DNA of 27,289 nt from a virus (IMGVR_UViG_3300036793_000103:1-27289), one strand, 5' to 3'; counted from the first letter of the stretch, positions 15,107-23,944 are shown. Made by a program: numbers and translations. The notes: generated from the sequence alone by a model not told the origin.

Positions 15107-15408
15107 TGGCAACCAAGCGATCGCACCGACCCTGGCTGGCGCCGCGGTCCGGCGGATACAGCGCTGTCGGTGGAGATGATGGGCCGCCCGGGCCGCCGCC
15201 GTCCGGTCCCGGATGCGCATCGCCACTCCCTGCGCACTACTACCATCCGGACCCCGCACTGATGGCCAGTCCAGAGCGCGACCGGAAAGGCCTCGCCGAG
15301 TGCGTCGCCGCAGCCGAGCGAGAAATCGCCGAGAGACCGTGCGTCTGCGACCGCTGCGTCGAGATGGAATCCATCCGCCCGCGCCGTCGTCGGTGGTTCC
15401 GCCGGTGA
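15106..15408 (+). CDS. Hypothetical Pro-rich protein
   Basis: TGATG overlap upstream and GTGA overlap downstream; GGY...PPGPP.GPG. Confidence 0.55.
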   Translation: MATKRSHRPWLAPRSGGYSAVGGDDGPPGPPPSGPGCASPLPAHYYHPDPALMASPERDRKGLAECVAAAEREIAERPCVCDRCVEMESIRPRRRRWFRR

Positions 15409-16487
15409 CTCTGCGGGTCCTGGCCATCCCCGCGCATCTCGAAGGCTCCGGCTACCTGCGCATCTGCGCGCCCGCCCAAGCCGTCAACAAGCTGTCCGAA
15501 GGCCAGGTGCAGGTCAGTCAGTGCCTCGCCAACGCCCTGCCCTGCACCGTTACCGGAGAGCCCGGGAAGCGGCGGGTCGAGCACATGGACGACCTCGACG
15601 TCGATGTGGTCGTCCTGCAATCCCCGATGGCCGAAGACGTCGTCGCCATGATCCACGCCATCAAGGCGCAAGGAATATCGGTCGTGGCCGATATCGACGA
15701 CGACCTGGAGCAGACTCCCCGGTCGAACCCGAACTGGTCGAAGGTGCATCACACGACCAGCCCGCAGTCGAACTGGCTGTGGCTGAAGAAGGGCTGCGCC
15801 GCCGCGGACCTCGTCACCGGCGCGACGGCCGGGCTGTCCCGGTATGCCCGTCCGCACAACCGGTTCCGGGTCATCCCCAACGCCGTCCCCGCCGCCGCGA
15901 CGTACGAGAAGCGCCCCGACATTCCCGGGTCCGTGATCGTCGGCTGGACCGGGTCGGTCGCCACCCACGACACCGACCTGTGCGTCACCGGCGGCGGTGT
16001 CGCCAAGGCGGTCGAACGGACCGGGTCCCGATTCCTGTCCATCGGCTGGTGGCATCACGTCGCCGAACAGCTCGGGCTGACGTTCGAGCCGCCGTCCACC
16101 GGCTGGCTCACCCTGGCCCAGTACTACGCCCGCATCCCGTACCTCGGCGTCGGGATCGTGCCGCTCGGTAACACCGCATTCAACCGGGCCAAGTCCTGCC
16201 TGAAGGGTACGGAGATGGCGGCGGCCGGCGTGCCGTTCGTCGCCTCACCGCTCCCGGAATATCAGGCCCTGCACGACGCCGGCATCGGCCTCCTCGCCGA
16301 GACGCCGTCCGACTGGGAGGCGCAGGTCCGTCGGCTCATCGTCGATACCGACCTACGCACCGACCTGTCCGACTCGTACCGCGACACGATCCGCCGCACC
16401 CGCACATTCGAGACCACATGGTGGCGCTGGGCCGAGGCCTGGCAGCACGCCGCAGACACCAGAGGAGGCGCGCGTGGCACTGCGTAA
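15405..16487 (+). CDS. GT-B fold glycosyltransferase (GT4-like)
   Basis: G.GYLRI..P, DVVVLQ, DIDDDL, VGWTGS..H..DL, GIVPL....FNRAKS.LK..E.AAAGVPFVASP. Confidence 0.88.
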   Translation: MTLRVLAIPAHLEGSGYLRICAPAQAVNKLSEGQVQVSQCLANALPCTVTGEPGKRRVEHMDDLDVDVVVLQSPMAEDVVAMIHAIKAQGISVVADIDDDLEQTPRSNPNWSKVHHTTSPQSNWLWLKKGCAAADLVTGATAGLSRYARPHNRFRVIPNAVPAAATYEKRPDIPGSVIVGWTGSVATHDTDLCVTGGGVAKAVERTGSRFLSIGWWHHVAEQLGLTFEPPSTGWLTLAQYYARIPYLGVGIVPLGNTAFNRAKSCLKGTEMAAAGVPFVASPLPEYQALHDAGIGLLAETPSDWEAQVRRLIVDTDLRTDLSDSYRDTIRRTRTFETTWWRWAEAWQHAADTRGGARGTA

Positions 16488-18960
16488 CCGCGACCGCAAC
16501 GCCTTGAAGGCGCGCGCGCTGACCGCCTCCGCCGTGCGGATCGACCTGGGCAGCAAGGCTCAGGCCGTGAAACTGCGGAATTTGCGCCAGTCCTGGCAGG
16601 AGGAAGCCTGGTCTTACCGTGATGCCATTCCCGAGATCGGGTACGCGATGCGGTTCAAGGCCACGGCTGTGTCTCGGATGCGGCTGTACGCAGCCATGTG
16701 GGTCGACGGCGAGGACCAGCCTGTCCCACTCGACGAGAATCCGGCCGGTCTGCCCGCCGGCCTAGCCGACGCGGCCGCGCGCGCACTGGAAGATCTCGCG
16801 CCCGGCCGAATGGGGCACGCGAACCTGCTCCGGAGCCTCAACGAGAATGTCGAGGTGGCCGGCGAGTGCTTCCTGCTCGGCCAAGACGACCCCGATACTG
16901 GCGAGCAGACGTTCGCGATCCGGTCGATCGACGAACTCGTCGTGGACGCCGAGGGTCACTACATGCTCCGCGCACTGCCGCCCAGCAATGGCGCGACGGC
17001 GGGGGGCGTGCCCATCGCCGCCAACTCCTACGTTGCCCGCATGTGGGCACCGCATCCTCGCTTCTCGGAACTCGCCGACTCGCCCATGCGGTCCCTGCTG
17101 GAGTCCGGCGAGGAGCTGCTGCTGCTGTCCCGTTCGATCCGCGCTGCAACCCGTTCACGGTTGGCGAACGGTGGCATCCTCGGTATCGCCTCAGAACTCA
17201 GCTTTGCGTCGACCACAGCCGGCGGGGACGACGACGACCCTGAAGCCGATCCGTTCATGGCGAATCTGGTCGAGGCGATGATCACTCCGATCTCGGACGA
17301 GGCGAGTGCGTCAGCCGTCATCCCGATCGTGGTCCGCGGCCCGGCCGACGTGCTGGAAAAGGGCATCATCTACAAGCCGTTGATCCGGCCGGCCGACGAC
17401 CGGGCGGCCGCTGACCGCGCCGAGCTGATCGGCCGGATCGCGAACGGCCTCGACATCCCCCGCGAAATCCTCACCGGCGTCGCGGACCTGAACCACTGGA
17501 CCGCCTGGCAGGTCGACGACTCCACGTTCCGCTATCACATCGAGCCGGCCGTGCTGCGGGACGTCAACTCCCTGACCGTGGGCTACTTCCGCCCCCGGCT
17601 GCTTGCGGATGGGGGCGGCTACTCCCGGGAGGACGTCGCCCGCCTCGTCATCTGGTACGACCCGACAGACCTCGTCACCCACCCCGACCGGACCGCCGAC
17701 GCCATCAACATGTTCGACCGCGACGCCATCAGTCTGGCGTCGCTGCGGGATGCGGGCGGCTGGGATGACTCCGACGCCCCCGGCGAGGACGAGTTCGTCG
17801 TCCGGATGCTGTCCAAGGTCCGCACGTTCCCCGACAACGTGCTCGAGGCGATCATGCACCGGGCCGCCCCGAACCTGCTCATCCCGCCCACATCGACAGA
17901 TCCGGGTATCGGCCCGGGCACCAGCGCGCCGCCCGTGATCGCCGCGCCCGCCGTGAAGCCGGCGCCGGCCGTGGAAGGGCCGCCCGCCTCGCAGCCGCCG
18001 GCCGACAGTGCACCGCCCGCGGTCACCTCCGCCGTGGCCGTCCGTGGCCCGGTCGACGCGGCACGCTCGGCGAAGCTGGCCCGGATCGACGCCTCCCTCC
18101 GGGACCGGATGCTGACCGCCGCCGACCAGACCATGCACCGCGCGCTCGAGCGGGCCGGCAACCGCGCCAAAGGCAAGGCCCCGAACGCCATCAAGGCCAG
18201 CCTGTCCGGCGTCGACCCGGCCCGGATCTGCGCCGAGCTCGGCCGGACCGTCGTCGCCTCCTACGGCCTGACCGAACACCACCTCCTCGAAGGCGAGTTC
18301 GCGACGCTGAAGGACCGGTTCCACTCGTGGGTGTCCACGGCGAACAAGGCCGTGCTGTCCACCGCGGTGTCGATGATCGGCGGCAAACTCGAGGACGCCG
18401 CCATCAAGGCGGCCGCGGACAAGCAGGAGTCGGCCACCTCGTCCGCGTGGCAGTGGCTCCTGAACGCGCTGATGGCGCGGGCGGAGAAGCTGCTGTACGA
18501 CCCGACCGACGTGGCCGGCGACAAGGAGCAGACCACGTCCGGCTCGTCGCTGGTCCCGGTCGGGATCATCCGCGGCGCTATCGCCATTGCCGGCGGGTAC
18601 GCCGACGTCGGGCACGGCATCACCGACGAAGGCCTGCCTGTCGACCATCAGGCCCCGCTCGGCGGGATCGGGTCCGGCCCCATCATCACCACCGTCCTGA
18701 CCCGCGGCGGCGCGGACATCGACCACTACCTGTGGAACCACGGCATCGCCGAGCACCCGTTCGAGCCGCACCTGGCGCTGGACGGCACCGAGTTCACCCG
18801 GTTCACCGACACGCGGCTGGCGAACAAGGACTCGGCCTGGGTCGGGAATCAGTTCTTCTTCCCCGGCGATCACGACGGCTGCTCCTGCGATGTGCAGCTC
18901 ATGTGGTCGGGCCCGGCCGCTGACGGCTACGGATTGGCGGCCTCAGCCGATGCTGTCTGA
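16474..18960 (+). CDS. Portal protein with C-terminal MuF-like extension
   Basis: GAGGAGG RBS; WQEEAW...IPEI, VAGEC.L, W.PHPR....ADSP, A.GLDIP.EILTG....NHW.AW fit a cluster-B-like portal; Pro/Ala linker, then ~300 aa ending H..LDG..F...PGDH.GC.C. Confidence 0.85.
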   Translation: MALRNRDRNALKARALTASAVRIDLGSKAQAVKLRNLRQSWQEEAWSYRDAIPEIGYAMRFKATAVSRMRLYAAMWVDGEDQPVPLDENPAGLPAGLADAAARALEDLAPGRMGHANLLRSLNENVEVAGECFLLGQDDPDTGEQTFAIRSIDELVVDAEGHYMLRALPPSNGATAGGVPIAANSYVARMWAPHPRFSELADSPMRSLLESGEELLLLSRSIRAATRSRLANGGILGIASELSFASTTAGGDDDDPEADPFMANLVEAMITPISDEASASAVIPIVVRGPADVLEKGIIYKPLIRPADDRAAADRAELIGRIANGLDIPREILTGVADLNHWTAWQVDDSTFRYHIEPAVLRDVNSLTVGYFRPRLLADGGGYSREDVARLVIWYDPTDLVTHPDRTADAINMFDRDAISLASLRDAGGWDDSDAPGEDEFVVRMLSKVRTFPDNVLEAIMHRAAPNLLIPPTSTDPGIGPGTSAPPVIAAPAVKPAPAVEGPPASQPPADSAPPAVTSAVAVRGPVDAARSAKLARIDASLRDRMLTAADQTMHRALERAGNRAKGKAPNAIKASLSGVDPARICAELGRTVVASYGLTEHHLLEGEFATLKDRFHSWVSTANKAVLSTAVSMIGGKLEDAAIKAAADKQESATSSAWQWLLNALMARAEKLLYDPTDVAGDKEQTTSGSSLVPVGIIRGAIAIAGGYADVGHGITDEGLPVDHQAPLGGIGSGPIITTVLTRGGADIDHYLWNHGIAEHPFEPHLALDGTEFTRFTDTRLANKDSAWVGNQFFFPGDHDGCSCDVQLMWSGPAADGYGLAASADAV

Positions 18961-19504
18961 AGCGACGTGGACGCAGCCCCGCCCCGAATGCCCCATGCCC
19001 GGCTACTGGCACGCCCCCGATCCGGACTCCACCGAGATCGAGGTGACCGCGCTGGTCGCCGCGTTCGTCACCGCGCTGCAGCCCGAATACGTCGTCGAGA
19101 CGGGGACAGCGTTCGGGCAGACAGCCCTCGCGATCGGGCACGCCCTGCAGGCCAACGGCCACGGCCGGCTCGACACCATCGAACCCGACCCGGTCCGGGC
19201 CGCGCACTGCCGCGACCTGCTCTCCGCCCTACCGGTGACCCTGCACGAGCAGACCTCCCTCACGTTCACCCCGGCCCGGCGGATCGACTTCGCCTGGTTC
19301 GACTCCCTCATCGACCTGCGCGTCCCGGAGTTCCACACCTACCGGCAGCACATGACCGCCGAGACGATCATCGGGTTCCACGACTGCGGCCCGCAGCACA
19401 ACCTGCGCCCCGACGTCGAACGGCTGGGTACCGCCGGCCTGATCCGGCCCATCTACCTGCCCACCCCGCGCGGGGTCGTGTTCGCGCAGGTGACCCCGCT
19501 GTGA
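18950..19504 (+). CDS. Class I SAM-dependent O-methyltransferase (Methyltransf_24-like)
   Basis: VVETGTAFG.T, L.TIEPD, IDFAWFDS, IIGFHD motifs. Confidence 0.85.
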   Translation: MLSEATWTQPRPECPMPGYWHAPDPDSTEIEVTALVAAFVTALQPEYVVETGTAFGQTALAIGHALQANGHGRLDTIEPDPVRAAHCRDLLSALPVTLHEQTSLTFTPARRIDFAWFDSLIDLRVPEFHTYRQHMTAETIIGFHDCGPQHNLRPDVERLGTAGLIRPIYLPTPRGVVFAQVTPL

Positions 19505-20118
19505 GCACCGTGACCGCGGTCGTCCCGACGATCCCGGGCCGGCACGACCTGTTCGAACGGGCCATCGCCTCGATCGTGGCGCAGACCCGGCCGGTCGACG
19601 CGATCCTGACCGGCTGCGACACCGAAGGCCGGGGTGCCGCGTACGCCCGGAACGTCATCCTGGCCGGCGCTACCACCGACTTCGTGGCGTTCCTGGACGA
19701 CGACGACACCTGGCATCCGAACCACATCGAAGGCCTCATGTCCGTCGCCGACGACGCGGACGTCGTCTACCCGTGGTTCGACGGCCTGCACTCCAAATCC
19801 CTCGCCGTGTCGGTCAACGGCCGCCCCCACACGCCACTGGGCGTGCCGTTCGGTCCCGAGCAGGCCGACCATCTGCGGCACGCCAACTTCATCCCGGTCA
19901 CATTCCTGGCCCGCACAGCGCTGGTGCAGCAGGTCGGCGGCTTCGAGAAGCCGTGGTGGCTGCCGCCGGAGTCGCCGTGCGAGGACTGGGGCCTGCTACT
20001 GAAGCTGCTCGACGCCGGCGCCCGCTTCACGCACTACCCGCACATCACCTGGACCTGGAACGGCCACGCCGATCAGACGAACGGCCAGTCCTGGAAACGA
20101 GGAGCGATCCATGCCTGA
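19501..20118 (+). CDS. GT-A fold glycosyltransferase (GT2)
   Basis: VVPT..R...RAIASIVAQT, G.A.ARN, FVAFLDDDD, VGGF...EDWGL. Confidence 0.9.
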   Translation: MSTVTAVVPTIPGRHDLFERAIASIVAQTRPVDAILTGCDTEGRGAAYARNVILAGATTDFVAFLDDDDTWHPNHIEGLMSVADDADVVYPWFDGLHSKSLAVSVNGRPHTPLGVPFGPEQADHLRHANFIPVTFLARTALVQQVGGFEKPWWLPPESPCEDWGLLLKLLDAGARFTHYPHITWTWNGHADQTNGQSWKRGAIHA

Positions 20119-21430
20119 GATCACCGCGCCCGGCGCCGTCGTGGCTGCACTGGCGGCCGGCGAGATTCCCTGGACGGCGACCCTCATCCAAGAGGGCGTC
20201 TGGACCTCCGACGGCCGCATGATCAACCCGGGCGCGCTGGCGTTCCGGGACCTGCCACTCACCTTCATGGCGATGACGACCACCGCCGACGGGCACGACG
20301 GCGCGCAGGCGTCCGGCCGGATCGACTCGATCGAGCGGGTCGACAACGGCGACGGCACGAACAGAATCGTCGGGCACGGCGTGTTCGACGGCGGCTCCCC
20401 GGTCGGCCTGGAAGCGGCACGGCTGGTCCGCACGCAGGTCATCCGCGGCGTCTCGGCCGACCTAGCCGTGTCCGAGTCGACCATCGAGATGGACGAGCCC
20501 GACGACGAAATGTCGATGCCCGACTTCCGGTTCACCGTGCTGGCCGGGGAACTGCTCGGCGCAACCCTGTGCCCCATGCCGGCGTTCGCCGGCTGCTCCA
20601 TCGCCCTGGACAACGAGGACGCCGCCCCGACCGAGCAGGCCGCGGACGCCCCGAAGATCCACATCGAGGTCGCGTCGGCCGAGCCGTGGCGCACCATCGG
20701 CGACGACTCCGAATGTGCGCCCTGCACCGAGGCCCGCGAAGCCGTGACCGCATCCATCATCCCGACCGCCCCGCCGGCCGAATGGTTCGCCGATCCGCAG
20801 CTGGACGGCCCGACTCCGCTGACCATCACCGACGACGGCCGCGTGTTCGGTCACCTCGCGCTCTGGGGCACCTGCCACACCGGCTTCGACGGACAGTGTG
20901 TCCTTGCGCCGCGGTCGACCACCAACTACGCCGCCTTCCGGGTCGGCTGCGTGCAGTGCGAGGACGGCAGCGTCGTGGCGACCGGCCCGATCACCGCCGG
21001 CACCGGCCACGCGCCGATCACCGCCGGGCTGCGGGTCGCCGTCGAGCACTACGACAACACCGGCTGGGGGGCTGCCGACGCTGCTGCCGGCGAGGACACC
21101 TACGGCATCTGGCTGGCCGGCGCGCTCCGCCCGGACGTCACCCCCGAACAGGTCCGTGTGCTGCGGGCGTCGGCGCTCTCAGGCGACTGGCGTCGTCAGG
21201 GTGCCGGCCTGGAGCTGGTCGCCGCGCTCGCCGTGAATACCCCCGGATTCTTGGTGCCGCGCCCGACCGCGCGCGTAGCCTCAGGCGCTCCGCTCGCGCT
21301 GGTCGCAGCCGGCGTCACCGTACGCCGGGAAGGCGATTCGACGCTCCTTAGGAAACTGGCCGACGAGGTCGCCGGTCTCCGCCGCCAACATCAGGCCGAA
21401 CGCCTCGTCGCTCGCATCCGCGCCCGGTAG
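20111..21430 (+). CDS. Capsid maturation (prohead) protease, two-domain
   Basis: GAGGAG RBS; N-domain GHDGA...GRID...GVSADL...GATL.P.PAF; C-domain GHLALWG.CH...HYDN...LSGDWR...LELVAALAVN.PGF; lies between portal and capsid. Confidence 0.8.
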   Translation: MPEITAPGAVVAALAAGEIPWTATLIQEGVWTSDGRMINPGALAFRDLPLTFMAMTTTADGHDGAQASGRIDSIERVDNGDGTNRIVGHGVFDGGSPVGLEAARLVRTQVIRGVSADLAVSESTIEMDEPDDEMSMPDFRFTVLAGELLGATLCPMPAFAGCSIALDNEDAAPTEQAADAPKIHIEVASAEPWRTIGDDSECAPCTEAREAVTASIIPTAPPAEWFADPQLDGPTPLTITDDGRVFGHLALWGTCHTGFDGQCVLAPRSTTNYAAFRVGCVQCEDGSVVATGPITAGTGHAPITAGLRVAVEHYDNTGWGAADAAAGEDTYGIWLAGALRPDVTPEQVRVLRASALSGDWRRQGAGLELVAALAVNTPGFLVPRPTARVASGAPLALVAAGVTVRREGDSTLLRKLADEVAGLRRQHQAERLVARIRAR

Positions 21431-21960
21431 CGCGCATACGACTCCAGCCGGCAATGCCTGCAGACTCGATACCCGGCGGAGTCGAACGCAGTGTTGTCGT
21501 CGGTGAATTCATGTCCGTTCTTGCAATGAGACTTCGCGGCATTCATCGGTCCCAACCCAATGCCACGCATAACGTTCACGCCGCTCGGAACCGGCTCTAA
21601 ATGCGACGGGTTGCAGCACGGACGATTCCGGCAGCGATGGTCGATAACGAGGCCTTCGGGGATCGGGCCGACGGCAATCTCGTAGGCCACCCGGTGGGCG
21701 CGCGCGTGCTTCCCGTGCCCGATATTGACGGACCCATACCCATCTCGATCGAGTTCGCCGCGCCAAAGCCAACATGCGAGCGGGCCGCCGCTGCGGTCAC
21801 GGAATCGATCAATGCGCTCGACCAATGTCAGGTGTCGGTTCAGCTTCACGAATCCGGGATCGCCGTATTTGCGCCAACGCAGGTAGTGCATATTGCACAT
21901 CCCGCGCCCGCCCTTATCGGTCCGGTCGCATTCGGAAACGCTACAAGTCGACGCAGGCAT
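21391..21960 (-). CDS. Free-standing HNH homing endonuclease
   Basis: C....C...GMC.MHY.RWRK.GDP Zn finger; CW.W.G...GYG...AHRVAYE...DH.CRNR.CCNP.HL..V...N; HC..GH.F...C..C; divergent codon usage. Confidence 0.92.
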   Translation of the reverse strand: MPASTCSVSECDRTDKGGRGMCNMHYLRWRKYGDPGFVKLNRHLTLVERIDRFRDRSGGPLACWLWRGELDRDGYGSVNIGHGKHARAHRVAYEIAVGPIPEGLVIDHRCRNRPCCNPSHLEPVPSGVNVMRGIGLGPMNAAKSHCKNGHEFTDDNTAFDSAGYRVCRHCRLESYARYRARMRATRRSA

Positions 21961-21966
21961 GTTTAC

Positions 21967-21972
21967 AGAATA
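21967..21972 (-). promoter_or_regulatory. -10 element TATTCT of the leaderless HNH gene
   Basis: Minus strand reads TATTCT-GTAAAC-ATG. Confidence 0.55.
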
Positions 21973-22050
21973 CGCCGTGGCTGAGCGCGCGCCCTGTAAG
22001 ACACGCACGATCCGACTTCCTATGTCCTATCCGATATCTGATGTAGCATG

Positions 22051-22109
22051 CGGGTGCACGGCCTAGCCGGCTACCCGTTACGCCTGAGCGGCACCTAGTG
22101 ACCTCGGCG
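22051..22109 (+). other. Tandem hairpins with identical C-CUA-G caps upstream of the capsid gene
   Basis: CGGGT..CGGC-CTA-GCCG..ACCCG (22051-22077) and CGCC.GAG...CAC-CTA-GTG..CTC-GGCG (22081-22109). Confidence 0.5.
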
Positions 22110-22146
22110 AACGAATCCCCATTCCTGTAGCCGGAAGGCCACCACC

Positions 22147-23880
22147 ATGTCCACCGAGGAATTGCGTGCCCTCCTTGCCCGCCTGAACGGCGAGGGCGAG
22201 GCACTGACCGACGACGAACTCAACAGCCTCGACGGCGCCCTGCTGGCCCGCGCCGATGAGCTTCTGGACGGTGAGTCCACCCCCGAGGTGATCACCGAGC
22301 TGGAGTCCATCGCCGCCGCCAAGGAAGCGTCGAAGGAACTCGCCGGCAGCCGCGCAGAGGCCAAGGCCGAAGCCGAGGCCAAGCGCGCCGAGTTGATCTC
22401 CCGGATCAAGGCCAGCGAGCCGGCCGCCGAGACCGAGCCGGTCGAGGATGCGCCCGCCGAGACCCCCGAGGTTGTCGCCGAGCAGCCCGCCGAGACGGTC
22501 GACGAGCCCACCACCGAAGCCGTCGAAGAGCCGGTCGCCGTGGCCGCCTCGACGAAGCCGAAGACGGTGAACCTGCAGGCCATGTCCGCGGCCCGCCCGC
22601 GCAGCGCCGCACCGGCCCCGAAGGCCGAGGCCGGGCTGCGGGCCCGCGCCACCGTGACCGCGATCGAGGGCGGCCGAAACGTCCGCCGCGGCGACGAGAT
22701 CCCGTCACTGCAGGCGCTGTCGGAGATCATGGCCGACCGCCTCAGCCGCGGAAACACGAACGGCGACGTGGTCATCGCGTCGATGAAGACCGAGTACCCC
22801 GAAGAGCGGACGCTGCGGCACAACGACTCCGGCGAGATCAACAGCGCCAAGATCGAAGCCGCGTTCGGCGCCCAGGGCCTCGTCGCGTCCGGCGGCATCT
22901 GCACCCCGGTCGCCGTGGACTACACGATCCCGGTGTTCGGTGCCACGACCGACCGCCCGCTGCGCGACTCCCTCCCCCGCTTCGGCGCGGACCGCGGCGG
23001 TATCCGCTACGTCGCCCCGGCGACCTACTCGACGCCGGCCGGCGCGGTGGGCATCTGGACCAACGCGGTCGACGCCTCCCCCGGAACGGCCACGAAGGCG
23101 CTCTACACGATCGCGTGTGGCAGCGAAGTGCAGGTGCTGGTCGACGCGGTCACCATGCGGATGAAGGTCGGCAACATGCAGGGCCGGTTCTCTCCGGAGC
23201 AGGTCGCGGAGATCACCACCCTCGCGCTGTCCAACGCGGCCCGCACGGCCGAGCTGAACCTGCTGGCGAAGATCAACGCCGCCTCGACCCTCGTCTCCGC
23301 GACGTCGTCCGTCACCGGCACCGGCGCCTACGGCGCGACCCGCGAACTCCTCGACGAGATCGAGCGGGCCGCCATGGCGATGAAGTACCGCAACCGGGCC
23401 AACCCGAACCAGATGCTGCACGCCATCTTCCCCGAGTTCCTCCGCGGCATCATCCGCTCGGACATCGCCCGGGAACTCGCCCACGACAACTCGGGCAGCT
23501 ACAACGCGCTGGCGATCACCGACGCGCAGATCGACTCCTGGTTCGCGATCCGTGGCATCAACACCACGTTCCTGATGGACCCGCTGCCGGCCGTCACCGG
23601 CACCGGCGGCTACCCCTTCCAGGGATTCGCCGCGCAGTCCACCGGCGCACTCAACGCCTGGCCGGTCAGCGCGTCCTGGAACCTCTTCCCCGAGGGCGCC
23701 TTCCAGTTCCTCGACGGCGGCAACCTCGACCTCGGCGTCGTCCGTGACTCCACCCTGGACTCCACGAACGACTACGAGACCTTCGTCGAGACGTTTGAGG
23801 CGGTCGCGTTCCGCAGCGTGGAAGCGCTGCAGATCGTGTCGGCGCTGAGCCCGACCGGCCGCAGCGGCGCGAGCGCCTGA
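22147..23880 (+). CDS. Major capsid (hexamer) protein with N-terminal scaffold domain, cluster-B-like
   Basis: GGAAGG RBS; acidic coiled-coil N-terminus; LVASGG.C.P, LP.F...RGGI, G.LDLGVVRDS.L...NDY..F.E.FE motifs. Confidence 0.88.
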   Translation: MSTEELRALLARLNGEGEALTDDELNSLDGALLARADELLDGESTPEVITELESIAAAKEASKELAGSRAEAKAEAEAKRAELISRIKASEPAAETEPVEDAPAETPEVVAEQPAETVDEPTTEAVEEPVAVAASTKPKTVNLQAMSAARPRSAAPAPKAEAGLRARATVTAIEGGRNVRRGDEIPSLQALSEIMADRLSRGNTNGDVVIASMKTEYPEERTLRHNDSGEINSAKIEAAFGAQGLVASGGICTPVAVDYTIPVFGATTDRPLRDSLPRFGADRGGIRYVAPATYSTPAGAVGIWTNAVDASPGTATKALYTIACGSEVQVLVDAVTMRMKVGNMQGRFSPEQVAEITTLALSNAARTAELNLLAKINAASTLVSATSSVTGTGAYGATRELLDEIERAAMAMKYRNRANPNQMLHAIFPEFLRGIIRSDIARELAHDNSGSYNALAITDAQIDSWFAIRGINTTFLMDPLPAVTGTGGYPFQGFAAQSTGALNAWPVSASWNLFPEGAFQFLDGGNLDLGVVRDSTLDSTNDYETFVETFEAVAFRSVEALQIVSALSPTGRSGASA

Positions 23881-23893
23881 TCCCCATCGGACA

Positions 23894-23944
23894 GCCCCCT
23901 CGGCGAGCAGCGTTCATGCGGGTCGCTCGCTCGCCGAGGAGGGC
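23894..23944 (+). promoter_or_regulatory. Strong intercistronic hairpin without a U-tract
   Basis: CCTCGGCGAGC (23898-23908) / GCTCGCCGAGG (23929-23939), extendable by AGCG/CGCT and GCCC/GGGC. Confidence 0.65.

Noticed and set aside
15405-20118. Glycosyltransferases and methyltransferase as a DNA hypermodification cluster
   Set aside because: No thymidylate synthase, hydroxymethylase, kinase or TET/JBP gene nearby, and they are coupled to late head genes; not formally excluded
21391-21960. HNH as part of a group I intron or intein
   Set aside because: It is on the opposite strand, both flanking genes are intact, and no splice or intein motifs were seen
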